DNA of 63,131 nt, counting the filler, from Folioceros fuciformis (lineage: Eukaryota): the NCBI GenBank assembly GCA_049999805.1. It is 8 parts of 8 records of this genome, joined end to end, with 100 filler letters (N's around TTAATTAATTAA, not from the genome) between each part and the next. Parts side by side here need not be neighbours in the genome. Positions count along the whole stretch, not along the records: positions 30,758 to 36,729 come from JBNGIO010005146.1; positions 36,830 to 42,455 come from JBNGIO010005149.1; positions 42,556 to 48,792 come from JBNGIO010005150.1; 5 more parts are not named here. One strand, written 5' to 3'. The notes beneath the pieces were generated by a model. The model searched no databases and was not told the origin of the DNA. It saw only the letters and a list, made by a program, of their open reading frames with translations. This document shows positions 35,082 to 47,419 of this stretch, piece after piece. Position 1 is the stretch's first letter. Every line of letters starts with the position of its first letter. Position numbers and translations under genes: made by a program.

Positions 35082-35268
35082 TTTCGGTAACCTGTAGGAG
35101 CTGCTCACGATTACATATAGCTGTAAGCTTCATCCACTGAACAGTTCCTTCATGTCTGATTTTTACGGCTAGCCCTGTGATTTCTGATGGGCACAACCCG
35201 AGCTCCAGCAGTAGATGAATTCTGTAAGGGTCTGGAGACTCTTGTGCTCCCACTCATTAGGCATTAGG

Positions 35269-36729
35269 CTAAGCTGATGTAGATAGGGTTTCTGGACTGC
35301 TCTCGGAGCTGCCCATACCTAAACTTCTCATGTGCCTCACATGTATATCCCTAGTGAGGGATTTAGTAAAGATGTCAGTGGGGTTGTCTGCAGTTGGCAC
35401 GTACTCCAACGCTATCTGGTCAGATTTCACAAGGTCTCTGATGAAATGATATTCCACCTCCACATGCTTCGTGCGAGAGTGGAAAACAGGGTTCTGTGCT
35501 AAATTCATCGAGCCCTGGTTGTCAGTCTTTATGGTTGTGCAGGTAGGGAGTGGCAAACCAAGTTCCTTGAAGACTGATCTGCACCAAGCAATTTCCTTTG
35601 CTGCGGCGGTAAGCACTCGATACTCTGCCTCCGTGCTTGATGTAGCAACTGTTGGTTGCTTTTTACTGTACCAGCAGATAGGACCTCCTGCAATCATCAA
35701 CACGTACCTAGACACTGACCGCCTGGTATCCACATCTCCAGCGTAATCAGAGTCAGTGTACACATCAAGTTGTAGAGATGACCCAGGTACATATCTAAAA
35801 TTGATTCCCACATCTGCTGTGCCTTTGAGATACCTAACAACCCGTTTAACCCCTGTCCAGTGCAACTGTCCAGGGTTTTCCAGGTACTGTGAAAGCACGC
35901 TGGTGGCGAACGTTATGTCAGGTCTGGTAGTATTGGCTGCGTAAATAAGCTTACCAACACCCTTCCTGTAAGGGACTGCTGCCATCTGATCCTTTTCTTT
36001 CTGTGTTTCAGGACACATAGGCTTGCTGTACTTGAGTCCAGATCGTAACGGAGTGGCAGCTGGCTTAGCATCCTTTAAGCCAAGCTGTTCAGCACACTCA
36101 AGCAGATACCTAGGCTGAGTAAGTGAAATAGATTTCTGTTTCCTGTCACGTTTGATTAGCACTCCTAAACAGCTCTCAAGTGCTCCAAGATTTGTCATTT
36201 CAAACTTGGAGGCTAACAACTTGTTGATCTTTGTGATGAATGTAGGGCTGTTACAGGAGAGAATCAAGTCGTCAACATAAACTGCAAGGTAGCACACCAC
36301 ACCTCCGGATCTGTACACGTACAGGCTGTTGTCAGAGATACATTTAATGAAACCTAAAGCACGCAGTTCTTCATCAAGGACTGCGTTCCATTCCAGACCT
36401 GATTGCTTCAGCCCATACAAGGTTTTCTTGAGAAGTAAGACATGGTCTTCTTTTCCCTTTACTTCATAGCCTGTAGGTTGTTGCATATAGATTTCAGTGT
36501 CTAGTTTCCCATGTAGAAAAGCTATTTTGACGTCAAACATGTCTAACTCATGATCATGGTATGCTGCTAGGGCACAGATAATGCGGAAAGTAGCAAGCTT
36601 CATGACTGGAGCGTATGTTTCGAAATAGTCAAGTCCTGGCACTTGTGAAAACCCACGAGCAACAAGCCGTGCCTTGTATCGATCAAATGAGCCATCAGCT
36701 TTGACTTTCAGCTTGAAGACCCATTTGCA
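35269..36729 (-). CDS. Copia E RT-RNase H (5' partial at the contig edge)
   Basis: Uninterrupted frame with YGLKQS, YVDD, DSDYAGD, RTKHVEV. Confidence 0.95.
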   Translation of the reverse strand, partial: CKWVFKLKVKADGSFDRYKARLVARGFSQVPGLDYFETYAPVMKLATFRIICALAAYHDHELDMFDVKIAFLHGKLDTEIYMQQPTGYEVKGKEDHVLLLKKTLYGLKQSGLEWNAVLDEELRALGFIKCISDNSLYVYRSGGVVCYLAVYVDDLILSCNSPTFITKINKLLASKFEMTNLGALESCLGVLIKRDRKQKSISLTQPRYLLECAEQLGLKDAKPAATPLRSGLKYSKPMCPETQKEKDQMAAVPYRKGVGKLIYAANTTRPDITFATSVLSQYLENPGQLHWTGVKRVVRYLKGTADVGINFRYVPGSSLQLDVYTDSDYAGDVDTRRSVSRYVLMIAGGPICWYSKKQPTVATSSTEAEYRVLTAAAKEIAWCRSVFKELGLPLPTCTTIKTDNQGSMNLAQNPVFHSRTKHVEVEYHFIRDLVKSDQIALEYVPTADNPTDIFTKSLTRDIHVRHMRSLGMGSSESSPETLSTSA

Positions 36730-37104
36730 NNNNNNNNNNNNNNNNNNNNNNNNNNNNNNNNNNNNNNNNNNNNTTAATTAATTAANNNNNNNNNNNNNNN
36801 NNNNNNNNNNNNNNNNNNNNNNNNNNNNNTGATACTTTTGTGAAGTATGAAATGTCTTAAGGAATAAAAAAAAGAAGGCTTTAAGGCTCTAGATTAAATG
36901 TTTTTGTTGACATGTATTAAGGTAGCATGTATGAGGTATGCACACCTGCTTCTTCATCAAGACCACTTTATATTTTACTTTTACTTTTCAACTTTAAATT
37001 TTTACCTTATTTTATGTGTCATTATTACTATTGTTTTACATTACTCTTTGTATACTTAGATATAAAGACCCCTAAAAGTAAAAAAGTTGGTTTGAGTGCA
37101 ATAT

Positions 37105-37725
37105 AAGAAAGCTCCATGCCAAAGTATGTTGAATAGAGCAGCTTACTAAGAGCATGATAAGCATGCAGCCCTAGGAAGTGTGTGGTAGTAAATATTAGCT
37201 TAAAGTTTAAGTAAGTAGTTACTAAGTTTGTGACTAAAGCTTGAGTATAAGAGGGGACCAAAGAAAGCTCCATGCAAAAGCATGTTAGTAGAGCAACTTA
37301 CGAAGAGCATGATAAGAATGCAGCCCTAGGAAGTGTGTGGTGGCAAATGTTAGCTTAGAGCTTAAGTAAGTAGTTACTAAGTTTGTGACCAGAGCTTGAG
37401 TATAAAAGGAGAGCAAAGAAAGCTCTATGCAATAGCATGTTGAGTAGAACAACTTACTAAGAGCATGATAAGCATGCAGCACTAGGAAGTGTGTGGTAGT
37501 AAATGTTAGCTTAGAGATTAAGTAAGTAGTTGCTAAGTTTGTGACTAGAGCTTGAGTATAAAAGGGGATCAAAGAAAACTCCATGTAGAAGCATGTTTAG
37601 AAGAGAAGCTTACTAAGAGCATGATAAGCATCCAGCCCTAGGAAGTATATGATAGTAAATGTTAGCTTAAAGCTTAAGTAAGTAGTTACTAAGTTTGTGA
37701 CTAGAGGTTGAGTATAAAAGGAGAC
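37105..37725. repeat. 4 x 155-156-bp tandem repeat
   Basis: AGCATGATAA recurs at 37151, 37306, 37462 and 37618. Confidence 0.95.
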
Positions 37726-38238
37726 CTAGTCTACGGCTAAGGACAATTCTGTATCCCCTCAAAGCTTGGAGAGCATTGGATGCTTGGGTTGTGAGCACCT
37801 AAGGGGTGTGTTGTGAAGGAGCTTTGCGGAGGAGGTCAAGTGAAGGTGAAGGGAGAACTAAGTTCCTAGCCTGGGCAAAGATGGGGGTCCTCTCTAACTT
37901 TGATTCTATATGTTTTTGTTGACTCGTGGTCCTTACATAACAATCAACGACAAGGATGCTATCTCCAAGTCCTCTTAGGAGAGGAGGGTGGGCTGCTTAA
38001 AGGCCTAGTGCTAGGTCTAATGTTAAATTTTTACTCTTGCTTTTGATTCTAACAACGAGTTTTTCCCCACCCCACTAAAGGGGGTGTTACTCTAAAGGTC
38101 TATTGTGCCATTATGTGCAGTATCTCTATGGCTTAACTTATTAGTGTCAAGAGCTACCATCCCACCTCATCCTCCTTGTCCCGTTCGCTTGTTCTACCCT
38201 ATTCTATCCCATTACGCCACCTTTTCAAGCCTCGCTAT

Positions 38239-39812
38239 ATGAAGGTGGTGGAGAAGTTGGAGTTGGGAGCGGCCAAGGGCCAGGTCGTCTTCTCCTTTGA
38301 GTTCTTCCCGCCCAAGACCAGTGATGGAGTCTCCAATTTGTTGGAGACAGTGGAGAGGATGGTTGTCCACCAGCCAGGCTTCTGCGACATTACGTGGCGC
38401 GCATCCTCCTCGGATCTCACTCTCGAGATCTCCAACAAAATGCAGAATATGGTGCGTTCTTTTAGTTCTTTTACTCTACTAGGCTACTTAGAGTAGCTAG
38501 TTGTCTTGCGGGGCAAGATGAGAATCAAGCTCTACAAAACATAGGGCATCTGAGATCTGAAAATTTGAGATTTGCAGGTGTGCGTAGAAACCATGATGCA
38601 CCTCACTTGTAGCAACATGACTATTGACAAGATCAATGAGGCTTTAGAGACAGTGAAGGAGAACGGCATTCAGAATATCCTAGCTTTACGCGGTGACCCT
38701 CCCCACGGCCAAAGGGAGTTTGTCACATCGGAAGGCGGCTTGCCTTGTGCTTTAGATTTGGTATGTTGTGTTTTGAATCGGTTGTAATTTTTGGGGGACT
38801 AGGGTTGGCAAAGCATGAATCTTATTGGGACGGTATTGTTGTTTGGTAGGTGAAACATATTCGAAGCAAGTTCGGGGACTATTTTGGCATCACTGTTGCT
38901 GGATATCCTGGTACACCCTATTGCATATCTCCTCCTTAGTATGAGCATATGATCCTGGACATTATTGACCATGGTCGACTCTTGCTTTTTCTGTAGAAGG
39001 GCACCCTAATACTATTTTACATGAGTCTGGGGCAACAGAGGAGGCCTACATGAAGGATCTGGCATACTTGAAAGAAAAGGTGAGCACGGTTGGACCCGGC
39101 CTTGGAAACATTTCCCCGTTACTAGGAACTCGGGTGAACTGTAGTCTTGAAATAAGAATGGGAACAATTGTGTAGGTTGATGCAGGAGGGCAAGTGATCA
39201 TCACTCAGATGTTTTTCGATACAAATGTGTTTCTCAAGTTTGTCAATGACTGTAGAAAGATTGGTATCAAGGTGCCAATTGTTCCTGGCCTTATGCCCAT
39301 AAACAACTACAAGGGGTTCCAACGCTGGATTGGCTTGTGTAAGACCAAGGTGGTGAAGGCACCTATTCCTACCGTTTGCTTTGTAGTGTGCAACTTTGTG
39401 CAATGAATAACATGGTGGATCACTTCAGGTACCTACAGAAATCAATGTTGCTCTAGAGCTTATCAAGGATAATGACGAGGCAGTGCGAGCATATGGAATC
39501 CACCTTTGCACAGAGATGTGTAAGAAGATATTGGCTCACGGCGTCAACTATTTGCATTTGTACTCTTTCAATTCAGACAAGTCTGTTTTGCCTATTCTCA
39601 AGGTATTGCTCAAATCACTAGCTACTTTTACGTGCATATGATTGCCCCATGCATTGGCAGCTGATGCAAATGACATTGCTTTGTAGAACCTTGGCTTGAT
39701 TGCATTCAATCAAGTTACGAGGCCATTGTGGTGGCATCCAACAACCAATGTGGAGCCAACAAGTGAACCATATGAAGGAAGCAGCAAAAGGCCGAGTGAA
39801 ACACATCAATGA
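38239..39812 (+). CDS. MTHFR: Methylenetetrahydrofolate reductase-like, catalytic domain only, about 337 aa; exons 38239-38451, 38578-38760, 38850-38910, 38997-39079, 39176-39349, 39429-39602, 39687-39812
   Basis: [47 protein letters not shown]; six GT-AG introns keep the frame open. Confidence 0.92.
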
Positions 39813-41319
39813 GGAGGCCTTCTTTGTAGGGCTGGAAGGTATTTATACCTATTTGTTTACCAATATAGAAAATTTCAATGAAGTAAAATAGGTACCATCT
39901 CAATAGTTGAAATAAGGAGGCAAGGATGGCCTTCTTAAAAATCTGTACCTATGGATATCTACTATGATAGTAAGCATAAAATGCCCAAGCCAGATCCTCT
40001 ATGCTATTAGTATCTCATCCCCCCATGTCGGGGTCTCTTAAGGGTGAGTTTTCATGGGCAAAGTAGAGCTCGTGAATGGTCACAACTCTAGCAAGCTTCT
40101 CCAAGGGGAGAGGGTCCCGAGTATGCAAGCTCACAAGAAGGAACACGTCCAACTAGTGTTGTGTCTCGTCAATGCCTGCGGCTGGCATGAGCTTCTTCGG
40201 CACATTCTTGGCCACATAATAAAGACATCTCCGTTGCTGAAGGACAAGTGGTTGTTGCAACCAGCGGAGTTTGAATAATAAGCAACCTCCCGGAAAACAT
40301 GCATTCTCCTCCTCTGTCCATGTAATAAAAAAGTCAAGCAGTGCGGGAGGTGAAGGTATCATCCTTTTGGAAACCACCTAAAGTAGGCTAAGACATGGAG
40401 CACCATAGAGCATGCAGCATGATAGTTGCTCCAGCCCGATGGAGGTTATTGTGGCCGGAATTGGAGCCCACCATTCTAGACTCTCTGTCGCTCGTAAAGG
40501 AGGATTGGCTGTCGCTCGTAAAGGAGGATTGGATGTCGCTCGTTAAGGAGGATTGGTTCAAGCAATCCTCCTACAAGGGCTGCGGTAGTCGTGCTTCAAG
40601 GGCAACTAAAAACGGGGCTCAAGGATTAGGAACTATGGGAGCAATCATTGGGTTGGAGTAGGAACCAAAGGTGGGGGCTAGCTTGATGGTGGAATTCTTA
40701 CAAGTATTCTATAGAGGACGGTCCATCCTCAAGCTAGCTAGCCACCCTGCTGGTAATAACCCGAATGAGCTGTGGCAAAGACTATGGATTAAGGCTATCG
40801 ATCTGTCAATGTGGATGACCAACTATAGACATAAAGAGGTGCCAACATGATGGCTTGATTCTTGCAGAGCATTTGCAAATTGCTCCCTTGTGACATCTGT
40901 AAATGCTATAGAATTTATATAGCGCTTTGCCTAAAACCCTACAGAACTAAGGAAGATGTTTGTAGGTCCAGAAAATGTACACCAAGTACTTAGGTTGGAA
41001 ACTAAAGGAGAATGGGTGAGGGAAGAAGCGGAGACACGATAGAAGTAGGAGCAACCGCGGAGAAGGAGGGGGTGAGGATGAGAGAAGGAATGAAGGTAGA
41101 GGAGAGCAGACAAGGTGTGAAAGAGAACTAAGGGACCACCCAAGTACCATGTGAGGTTGTCAATCCCACGGTCACGGCTACATCACCCACTTTTGTGGTA
41201 GAAGCATTCCCGGAGTCTGTCCCCATGAATCCGGTGTCATGCTAGACGTGGCTAGCTACCTATCCTACCACACAACTCAAAATACCAATTATCAATCACA
41301 CTCAATACACACGTTTATT

Positions 41320-41520
41320 GAAGTAGGTGGTTAGAAACATCCTGATGCTGAAGGAGAGAAGTGTCTCCATGGACTACACACTCCTCTAGCTCTTAAGTTG
41401 GCCATGAATGACCAAAGGAGAAGTAGGTGGCTAGAAACCACTTGATGCTGAAGGAGAGAAGTGTCTCCATCGACTACACGCTCCTCTAGCTCTTAAGTTG
41501 GCCATGAATGACCAAAGGAC
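41320..41520. repeat. Tandem duplication of about 99 bp (also 3 x 21 bp at 40485-40555, and a duplication of about 165 bp at 32287-32615)
   Basis: Read directly. Confidence 0.85.
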
Positions 41521-42792
41521 AGGTTCTTTTCTACAGCTAGTGGTGTCATGGCCACCAGTGTTGGTTAGCAATTACCTCTACGGACTCCTTCTCGAGGCTT
41601 TACCCCTTTAGCTAACAGGCGACCACACCCACCACGACCTTAAGGTACCTATAAATAGTTCATCAAATTAGTAAATATATTATTTTATTAGATATTAATA
41701 GGTATGATTATCCAAACGTTTCCATACATATTGAAGATGAAAATGATGGTCATGCGAAGGTTGAGAGGTTGATGTTCCCCATGTTGTGGCTGCTCAAATT
41801 GAAGCACCAAGATCTTCAACTTCAGTGGAGGCTATTAACGATCAAAATGTTTAGAACATTGTTGGAGAGAGCATGAGGTTGATACATAATGTTGGGCACT
41901 ACAAGGAAATAACACTTTATTAAGAGGCAAATGCATAATTACTTGAGGAATAAGAGCAAAGTAGACCTCACTCAAAAGATATGTAGACCTCAGTCAAAAG
42001 TTTAGGGTTTAGGGTGATCAAGTAGACCTCACTCAAAAGATTCTACAGGGACACTCTTGTGATGTGATGTTTGTACTTGACAACTCCTTACTAGATAGAT
42101 CTAAGCACTTTGAACAATTGGCTAAAGGTGGGAACTGGTCTTGTAGAGTGGCTTACAAAATTTCAGCAAATAATCACACTTTCCAACAGAAATAGAGGAG
42201 CTCTTACCAAGTTTTTCTTTGCACTAAAGGTTTTTCTCACACCCAAGGAAAAGCAATGAAAGGAATGTGTGGAGAGGCAACTACCTCGGTTGATTTGTGA
42301 GTCCAATTGTTCTTTTTTTGAATTTGTTATTTTAATTACACATGGGCACATAGTTGTCCCGCTCCAATTCACGGTTTCACACTACATGGGCAATCCTCCG
42401 TGCTTGAAAAAAGTGCTCTCGTATACATATCCACATGCATATGTATGCATTTAATNNNNNNNNNNNNNNNNNNNNNNNNNNNNNNNNNNNNNNNNNNNNT
42501 TAATTAATTAANNNNNNNNNNNNNNNNNNNNNNNNNNNNNNNNNNNNNNNNNNNNAACTGATTATGAAACTACTAACCTAAACTAACATAATTTCCTTTA
42601 CTCCCTCTTAGTTGAAATAATCAGAATAAAGGATAAAATATGCAAACTAGACTAGTGAAAACATAGCACTAAATCTCAAACATACTACTAGCTCCCTCTT
42701 AAACTCCAAAAGAGGGTGATGTTCTTGCTGAAAAGCGCACGATTAACACAAAACATTGCAGCTTCATCCACTGCGCTAATCAACATGTAACT

Positions 42793-45700
42793 TTAGTGTG
42801 CAGTACCAACTTTGGTCACTACAGTAATGGACTTGAGACCTGCTGCTGCGGAGTGCTTGCCATGAGAAACTTTTGGGAGTGGCTTGGTCAAAAGATCCGC
42901 TATATTGTCACCTGTTGGAATATAGTGAACCTCAACCTCGCCTGTATCAGCAGCTTGTCTAATAAAATGATGCGTTATTTCAATATGCTTTGACCTCGCA
43001 TGAAATACCGGATTCTTAGAAAGTGCAATTGCTGATTGATTATCGCACCACATAGTTGTAGCCCCTGCTGGTAACTGTTGAATTCCTCTCAAAAAAGAGC
43101 GTATCCATATTACCTCTCTAGCAGCTTGAGACAAAGCTCCATACTCTGCTTCAGTAGATGAAAGGCAAATGGTAGACAGCTTCTTACTAGACCATGAGAT
43201 GGCTGACCCACCTAGTAGATTGCAGTATGCTGCTACACTTCTTCTACCATCTGGATCGCCAGCCCAGTCGGCATCGCAGTATGAAGTGAGCACCAAACCA
43301 TTAGGCTGCTTAGTATAGGTAAGTCCTAAACTAGAAGTTCCCTTGAGGTACCTAAAAATCCTTTTAACTGCCGTCCAATGGGCTTCCCCTGGGTTCTCTA
43401 AGAATTGGGATACACTATTAACAGCCCTAGAAATATCCAAGCGTGTCCAAGCAGCAAGATAAAGCAAACTACCCACTGCTTGTCTATAAGGACGTGTTGC
43501 CATCAAATCCTTCTCTGCTTGTGATGAAGGGCATTGCTCCTTAGAGAGTTTTTCACCCGTTGAGATAGGGGTAGAAACGGGGCGAGCATCAGCCATGTTA
43601 AACCGCTGCAAAAGCTGGCGAACAAAATGCTCCTGATGAATCTCTATGGTGTGCCTGTCTTCTGAAAAATGGAATTGCACACCAAGCGAGAAAGTAAGCT
43701 GGCCCAAATCAGTCATCTCAAAGCGGGAAAGAAGAACACCCTTAATCCTAGCCATTAATTGTGCTGATGTACAAAACAAGAAATTATCATCAACATAAAC
43801 GGTTAGGATAAGAAAGTTGTCTCCTTCCCACATAATAAATACACTATTATCTGCATCCAAACAAGTGAAACCCAACTCTACTAATAAAACATGAAAGGTT
43901 TCATTCCATGCTCTGCTAGACTGCTTGAGGCCATACAATGTCTTCAGCAACAAGCAAACTTTGTCCACATCAACTTCAAAGCCTTCGGGCTGGCACATAT
44001 AAATTTCTTCTTGCAAAGAACCATTAAGAAAAGCTGTTTTAACATCTAGCTGATGAACTAAGAGGCCATAATGAGCAGATAAAGCCAGCAAAATCCTTAT
44101 TGAAGTAGACTTTACAACTGGAGAAAAAGTCTCATTGTAATCAAGTCCTGCTACCTGGCTGTATCCTTTCGCAACTAGCCTTGCTTTATAGCGACCTATG
44201 CTGCCATCAGTATTAAGCTTTTTCTTAAATACCCATTTACAAGCAATTGGCTTACGACCTTTAGGCAAATCCACTAACTTCCAAGTTTGGTTTGCTATGA
44301 GAGAATCGTATTCTGACTTAATGGCCTTTTTCCATTGCTCAGCCTCAGGGCCTGTAATTGCTTCTTGATAAGTAGCGGGTTCAAAAGTATCAAAATTCTG
44401 ATCTGAAACGAGACCAGCTACAAAAGGTGGTTCAGACCATTCACTACGAGGTGGTCTATGGCGGGTAGATCTACGCAAAACTGATTCAGGTGTAGGCTCA
44501 ACTGGATCAGGTGTGGGCTCAGGATCAGTATCAAGAACAACAACAGGATCAGCTTCCACGGGTTCATGAAAGGAGGGAACTGCAAAAGACTCATCTATTT
44601 GAGAAGAAACAGGTGCTGGAAAAGTACTAGGAAGATGAGCTTGTGCATGTGAACTAGATGTTGTAGCCCCCCCTGAAGCCGAGGAAGGTGAATCCGAAAC
44701 ATCATCAATATCAAAAATAGAAACATCAACATCAGCATCAGTATTGTAATCAGCCAAATCATCCACGCCATTAATAGAAACAGTAGCATCAAAAGAAGTA
44801 GGATCCAAAGCAGCATCATGACGTCGGAGAAGAGCATTCTCATGAAAAACAACACTCCGAGAAATGGAAACTTGCCGAGTACTTGGATCAAAAAGCTTAT
44901 ATCCTTTTACCTCGTCCGAATAGCCAATGAAAATGCGGCGAACAGCTTTAGGATCAAGCTTACTCCGAAGTGCAGAAGGGATCAAGGCATATGCTGGTGC
45001 TCCAAAAATGCGTAGATGGGTGATCCTAGGCTTCTTCCCAGTCCAGCGCTCATAAGGGGTAACCAAACCAAGCTCCTTCGTAGGCAACCTGTTCTGCACA
45101 TAATTAGCTGCCATAAGGGCTTCAGCCCAATATCCCCTAGTGAGGCCTGCAAATGCTAAGCTGGAAAGAGTAGCCTCTTGAAGGGTCCTGTTCTTGCGTT
45201 CGGCGAATGCATTCTGAGCTGGAGTATAAGGAACTGTAAATTGATGAAGAACTCCCTCTCCAGCACAAAATTCGGTGAAGGCATTACTTGTATACTCGCC
45301 TCCATTGTCAGTCCTGAGAATCTTTAGCTGATGACCTGTCTGACGCTGAGCAGAAGCTAAATACGTTTGAAAACATGATAGGGCTTCACTCTTATGGGCA
45401 AGAACAAAAACTGTAGAATAGCGGCTCCATTCATCAATGAAAGTGATGAAATAAGATGCTCCACCAAAGGACATGGTCGACATGGGGCCACATATGTCAC
45501 TATGAACAGTGTGAAGAAGACAAGGTGCTCTTGACAAGTTTTGGTCTTTGAAAGGTTGTGAAATTGCCTTGCTCAATTGACAGGAGTCACAAAAGGCTCT
45601 ATTATCAAAAGAGAAAGACAAAGGATCTCTAAAAACGGAGTTATTGACTAAAGTGAAAAGCCTATTAAAATTCACATGCCCTAATCGGCAATGCCAAAGT

Positions 45701-47409
45701 TGAGTAGGAGAGAGACCAGAAGCTTGGGTAACGTTAGCAGTAGCATGTGGACTATACAAGGTTCTCACATTCAAAAGATACAAATCATGGAAAGGTGTCC
45801 CTGTGAAAAGGTCAGTTCCAATGTTGTTGCCAATAACTGAACAACCTGTATTGTCAAAACAAACTCTACAAGAGTGCTCCTCCGTGAGCTTCATAACTGA
45901 CATGAGATTCTTGGTCATGGATGGGACAAACAACACATCTGAGATTGTAAGAGAGGAACTACTAGGAAGCTGTATCTTTACTGATCCTATACCCTTAATG
46001 GATAAACCACTGTCATCACCCAAAAGAACAAACTGGTGATGAGCTGGGTTAGCATCAAAAGCAGTGAAAGCATTCCTATCAAAACAAATGTGGCTAGTTG
46101 CCCCAGAGTCGAGGAACCACATGTCATTCTGGATCTGGATAGAAGATAAGCAAACTGCTAAGATGGCGGGTGGTTTGGGCAGACCTTTGGACGTGGCTAC
46201 ATTAGAAGCTGGAAAGGAACTTGAACTTTCCTTCCGGGGCTCACCAGCCCTTTTCTTCCTACAGTCCTTCTCAAAATGACCTGGTATCTTGCACCAATTG
46301 CAAGTAAAAGTATGCCGTTGAAGGTTGGGCTGTCGAGAGGTTGACGCTCCTCCTCGTACTGAGCCCCCACGTCCTCTGCCACGATTGCCTCCGCGTCCTC
46401 TAGAAGCAAACAAAACTCTGCTACCTTGTTGCATAGTAGGCTTGGACTTGTGAAGGCTCCTACGGCGTTCTTCAGCAATCAAAGCTCCAAATATCTGCTC
46501 CAACGTCACATTGGCGCCAGGTCCAGCTGCTTGAAGAGTTGCATTCTGAGAACTGATAAACTGAGAATAACTATCAGGCAGGGATGCTAGAAAGGAAACA
46601 GCAGCTTGAAACTCAGTGAAGGTAGTCCCGCAATATGCAAGAGTCGCACGAGCTGTGCGAAATTTATTGATATAAGACTCAACAGTCTCATTATCCTTCA
46701 TGCGAATATTGAAAAAATCCCGATGCGCTAAAACAAGGGAAACAGAACTCTTATCTCTATAGATGAGTTTGAAGTTGTTCCAAACTGCTGCTGAAGTGTC
46801 AGCATCCATAGTGTGCGGCATCATGTTCCTGTCAAGGGATGCCAAAAGGATGGATCGGGCTCGCCTGTCCTTCCTTTGCCATGCAAGAATATCAGCAGCA
46901 TTTGCATTGTTGGCATGTGTTGCTGGTTTTGGTTCTGTCCCGTCCACAACGGACATGAGCTCATGCTCCTCCAAAATCTGGGTCAGCCTCATCGCCCAGA
47001 TGTGGTAATCATTACCATTAAAGCGATCCCTATCCTTGAATTCAATCTTCAAGGAACCTGGAGTGATCGCCATAGCTTGTGCAAAATTTGCAGCTTGACC
47101 AGTAGAAACTCCAACTCCAGCAGCAGGGTTGCCTGCTGTACCTGCAAGGGTGCTTGCGGAACCAGCAGGGTTGCCTGCTGTAGGAGAAGGAACACTACCT
47201 AAGCCTGGCCTAGGCTGTGTGGGATTGCCCCAAAAATTTCTCAAATAGTCAAAAGAGGGAGATGTGCCTTGCTGTTCATCAATACCAGTTGTGGGATTGA
47301 CAACAGGTGAAGTAGGTTCCTCTTGCAACTCCAATCTACCAAGGTCCACATCTTCGCCTTCATTAAATTCGCCAGACGCTGATGAGGGCGAACCTGGCTG
47401 CATGTCCAA
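42793..47409 (-). CDS. Intact copia Gag-Pol, 1538 aa
   Basis: CNWCKIPGHFEKDC, FLDSGAT, VHSDICGP, LRTDNGGEY, YVDD, DADWAGD in PR-IN-RT-RH order. Confidence 0.98.
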   Translation of the reverse strand: MDMQPGSPSSASGEFNEGEDVDLGRLELQEEPTSPVVNPTTGIDEQQGTSPSFDYLRNFWGNPTQPRPGLGSVPSPTAGNPAGSASTLAGTAGNPAAGVGVSTGQAANFAQAMAITPGSLKIEFKDRDRFNGNDYHIWAMRLTQILEEHELMSVVDGTEPKPATHANNANAADILAWQRKDRRARSILLASLDRNMMPHTMDADTSAAVWNNFKLIYRDKSSVSLVLAHRDFFNIRMKDNETVESYINKFRTARATLAYCGTTFTEFQAAVSFLASLPDSYSQFISSQNATLQAAGPGANVTLEQIFGALIAEERRRSLHKSKPTMQQGSRVLFASRGRGGNRGRGRGGSVRGGASTSRQPNLQRHTFTCNWCKIPGHFEKDCRKKRAGEPRKESSSSFPASNVATSKGLPKPPAILAVCLSSIQIQNDMWFLDSGATSHICFDRNAFTAFDANPAHHQFVLLGDDSGLSIKGIGSVKIQLPSSSSLTISDVLFVPSMTKNLMSVMKLTEEHSCRVCFDNTGCSVIGNNIGTDLFTGTPFHDLYLLNVRTLYSPHATANVTQASGLSPTQLWHCRLGHVNFNRLFTLVNNSVFRDPLSFSFDNRAFCDSCQLSKAISQPFKDQNLSRAPCLLHTVHSDICGPMSTMSFGGASYFITFIDEWSRYSTVFVLAHKSEALSCFQTYLASAQRQTGHQLKILRTDNGGEYTSNAFTEFCAGEGVLHQFTVPYTPAQNAFAERKNRTLQEATLSSLAFAGLTRGYWAEALMAANYVQNRLPTKELGLVTPYERWTGKKPRITHLRIFGAPAYALIPSALRSKLDPKAVRRIFIGYSDEVKGYKLFDPSTRQVSISRSVVFHENALLRRHDAALDPTSFDATVSINGVDDLADYNTDADVDVSIFDIDDVSDSPSSASGGATTSSSHAQAHLPSTFPAPVSSQIDESFAVPSFHEPVEADPVVVLDTDPEPTPDPVEPTPESVLRRSTRHRPPRSEWSEPPFVAGLVSDQNFDTFEPATYQEAITGPEAEQWKKAIKSEYDSLIANQTWKLVDLPKGRKPIACKWVFKKKLNTDGSIGRYKARLVAKGYSQVAGLDYNETFSPVVKSTSIRILLALSAHYGLLVHQLDVKTAFLNGSLQEEIYMCQPEGFEVDVDKVCLLLKTLYGLKQSSRAWNETFHVLLVELGFTCLDADNSVFIMWEGDNFLILTVYVDDNFLFCTSAQLMARIKGVLLSRFEMTDLGQLTFSLGVQFHFSEDRHTIEIHQEHFVRQLLQRFNMADARPVSTPISTGEKLSKEQCPSSQAEKDLMATRPYRQAVGSLLYLAAWTRLDISRAVNSVSQFLENPGEAHWTAVKRIFRYLKGTSSLGLTYTKQPNGLVLTSYCDADWAGDPDGRRSVAAYCNLLGGSAISWSSKKLSTICLSSTEAEYGALSQAAREVIWIRSFLRGIQQLPAGATTMWCDNQSAIALSKNPVFHARSKHIEITHHFIRQAADTGEVEVHYIPTGDNIADLLTKPLPKVSHGKHSAAAGLKSITVVTKVGTAH

Positions 47410-47419
47410 TATTCAAATA

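Larger units (their letters stand above)
34088..36729 (-). mobile_element. Copia element E, 3' part (3' LTR 34088-34337, PPT 34338-34346)
   Basis: PPT AAGTGGGAG; LTR ends TTTGTCA; pol close to element C. Confidence 0.9.
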
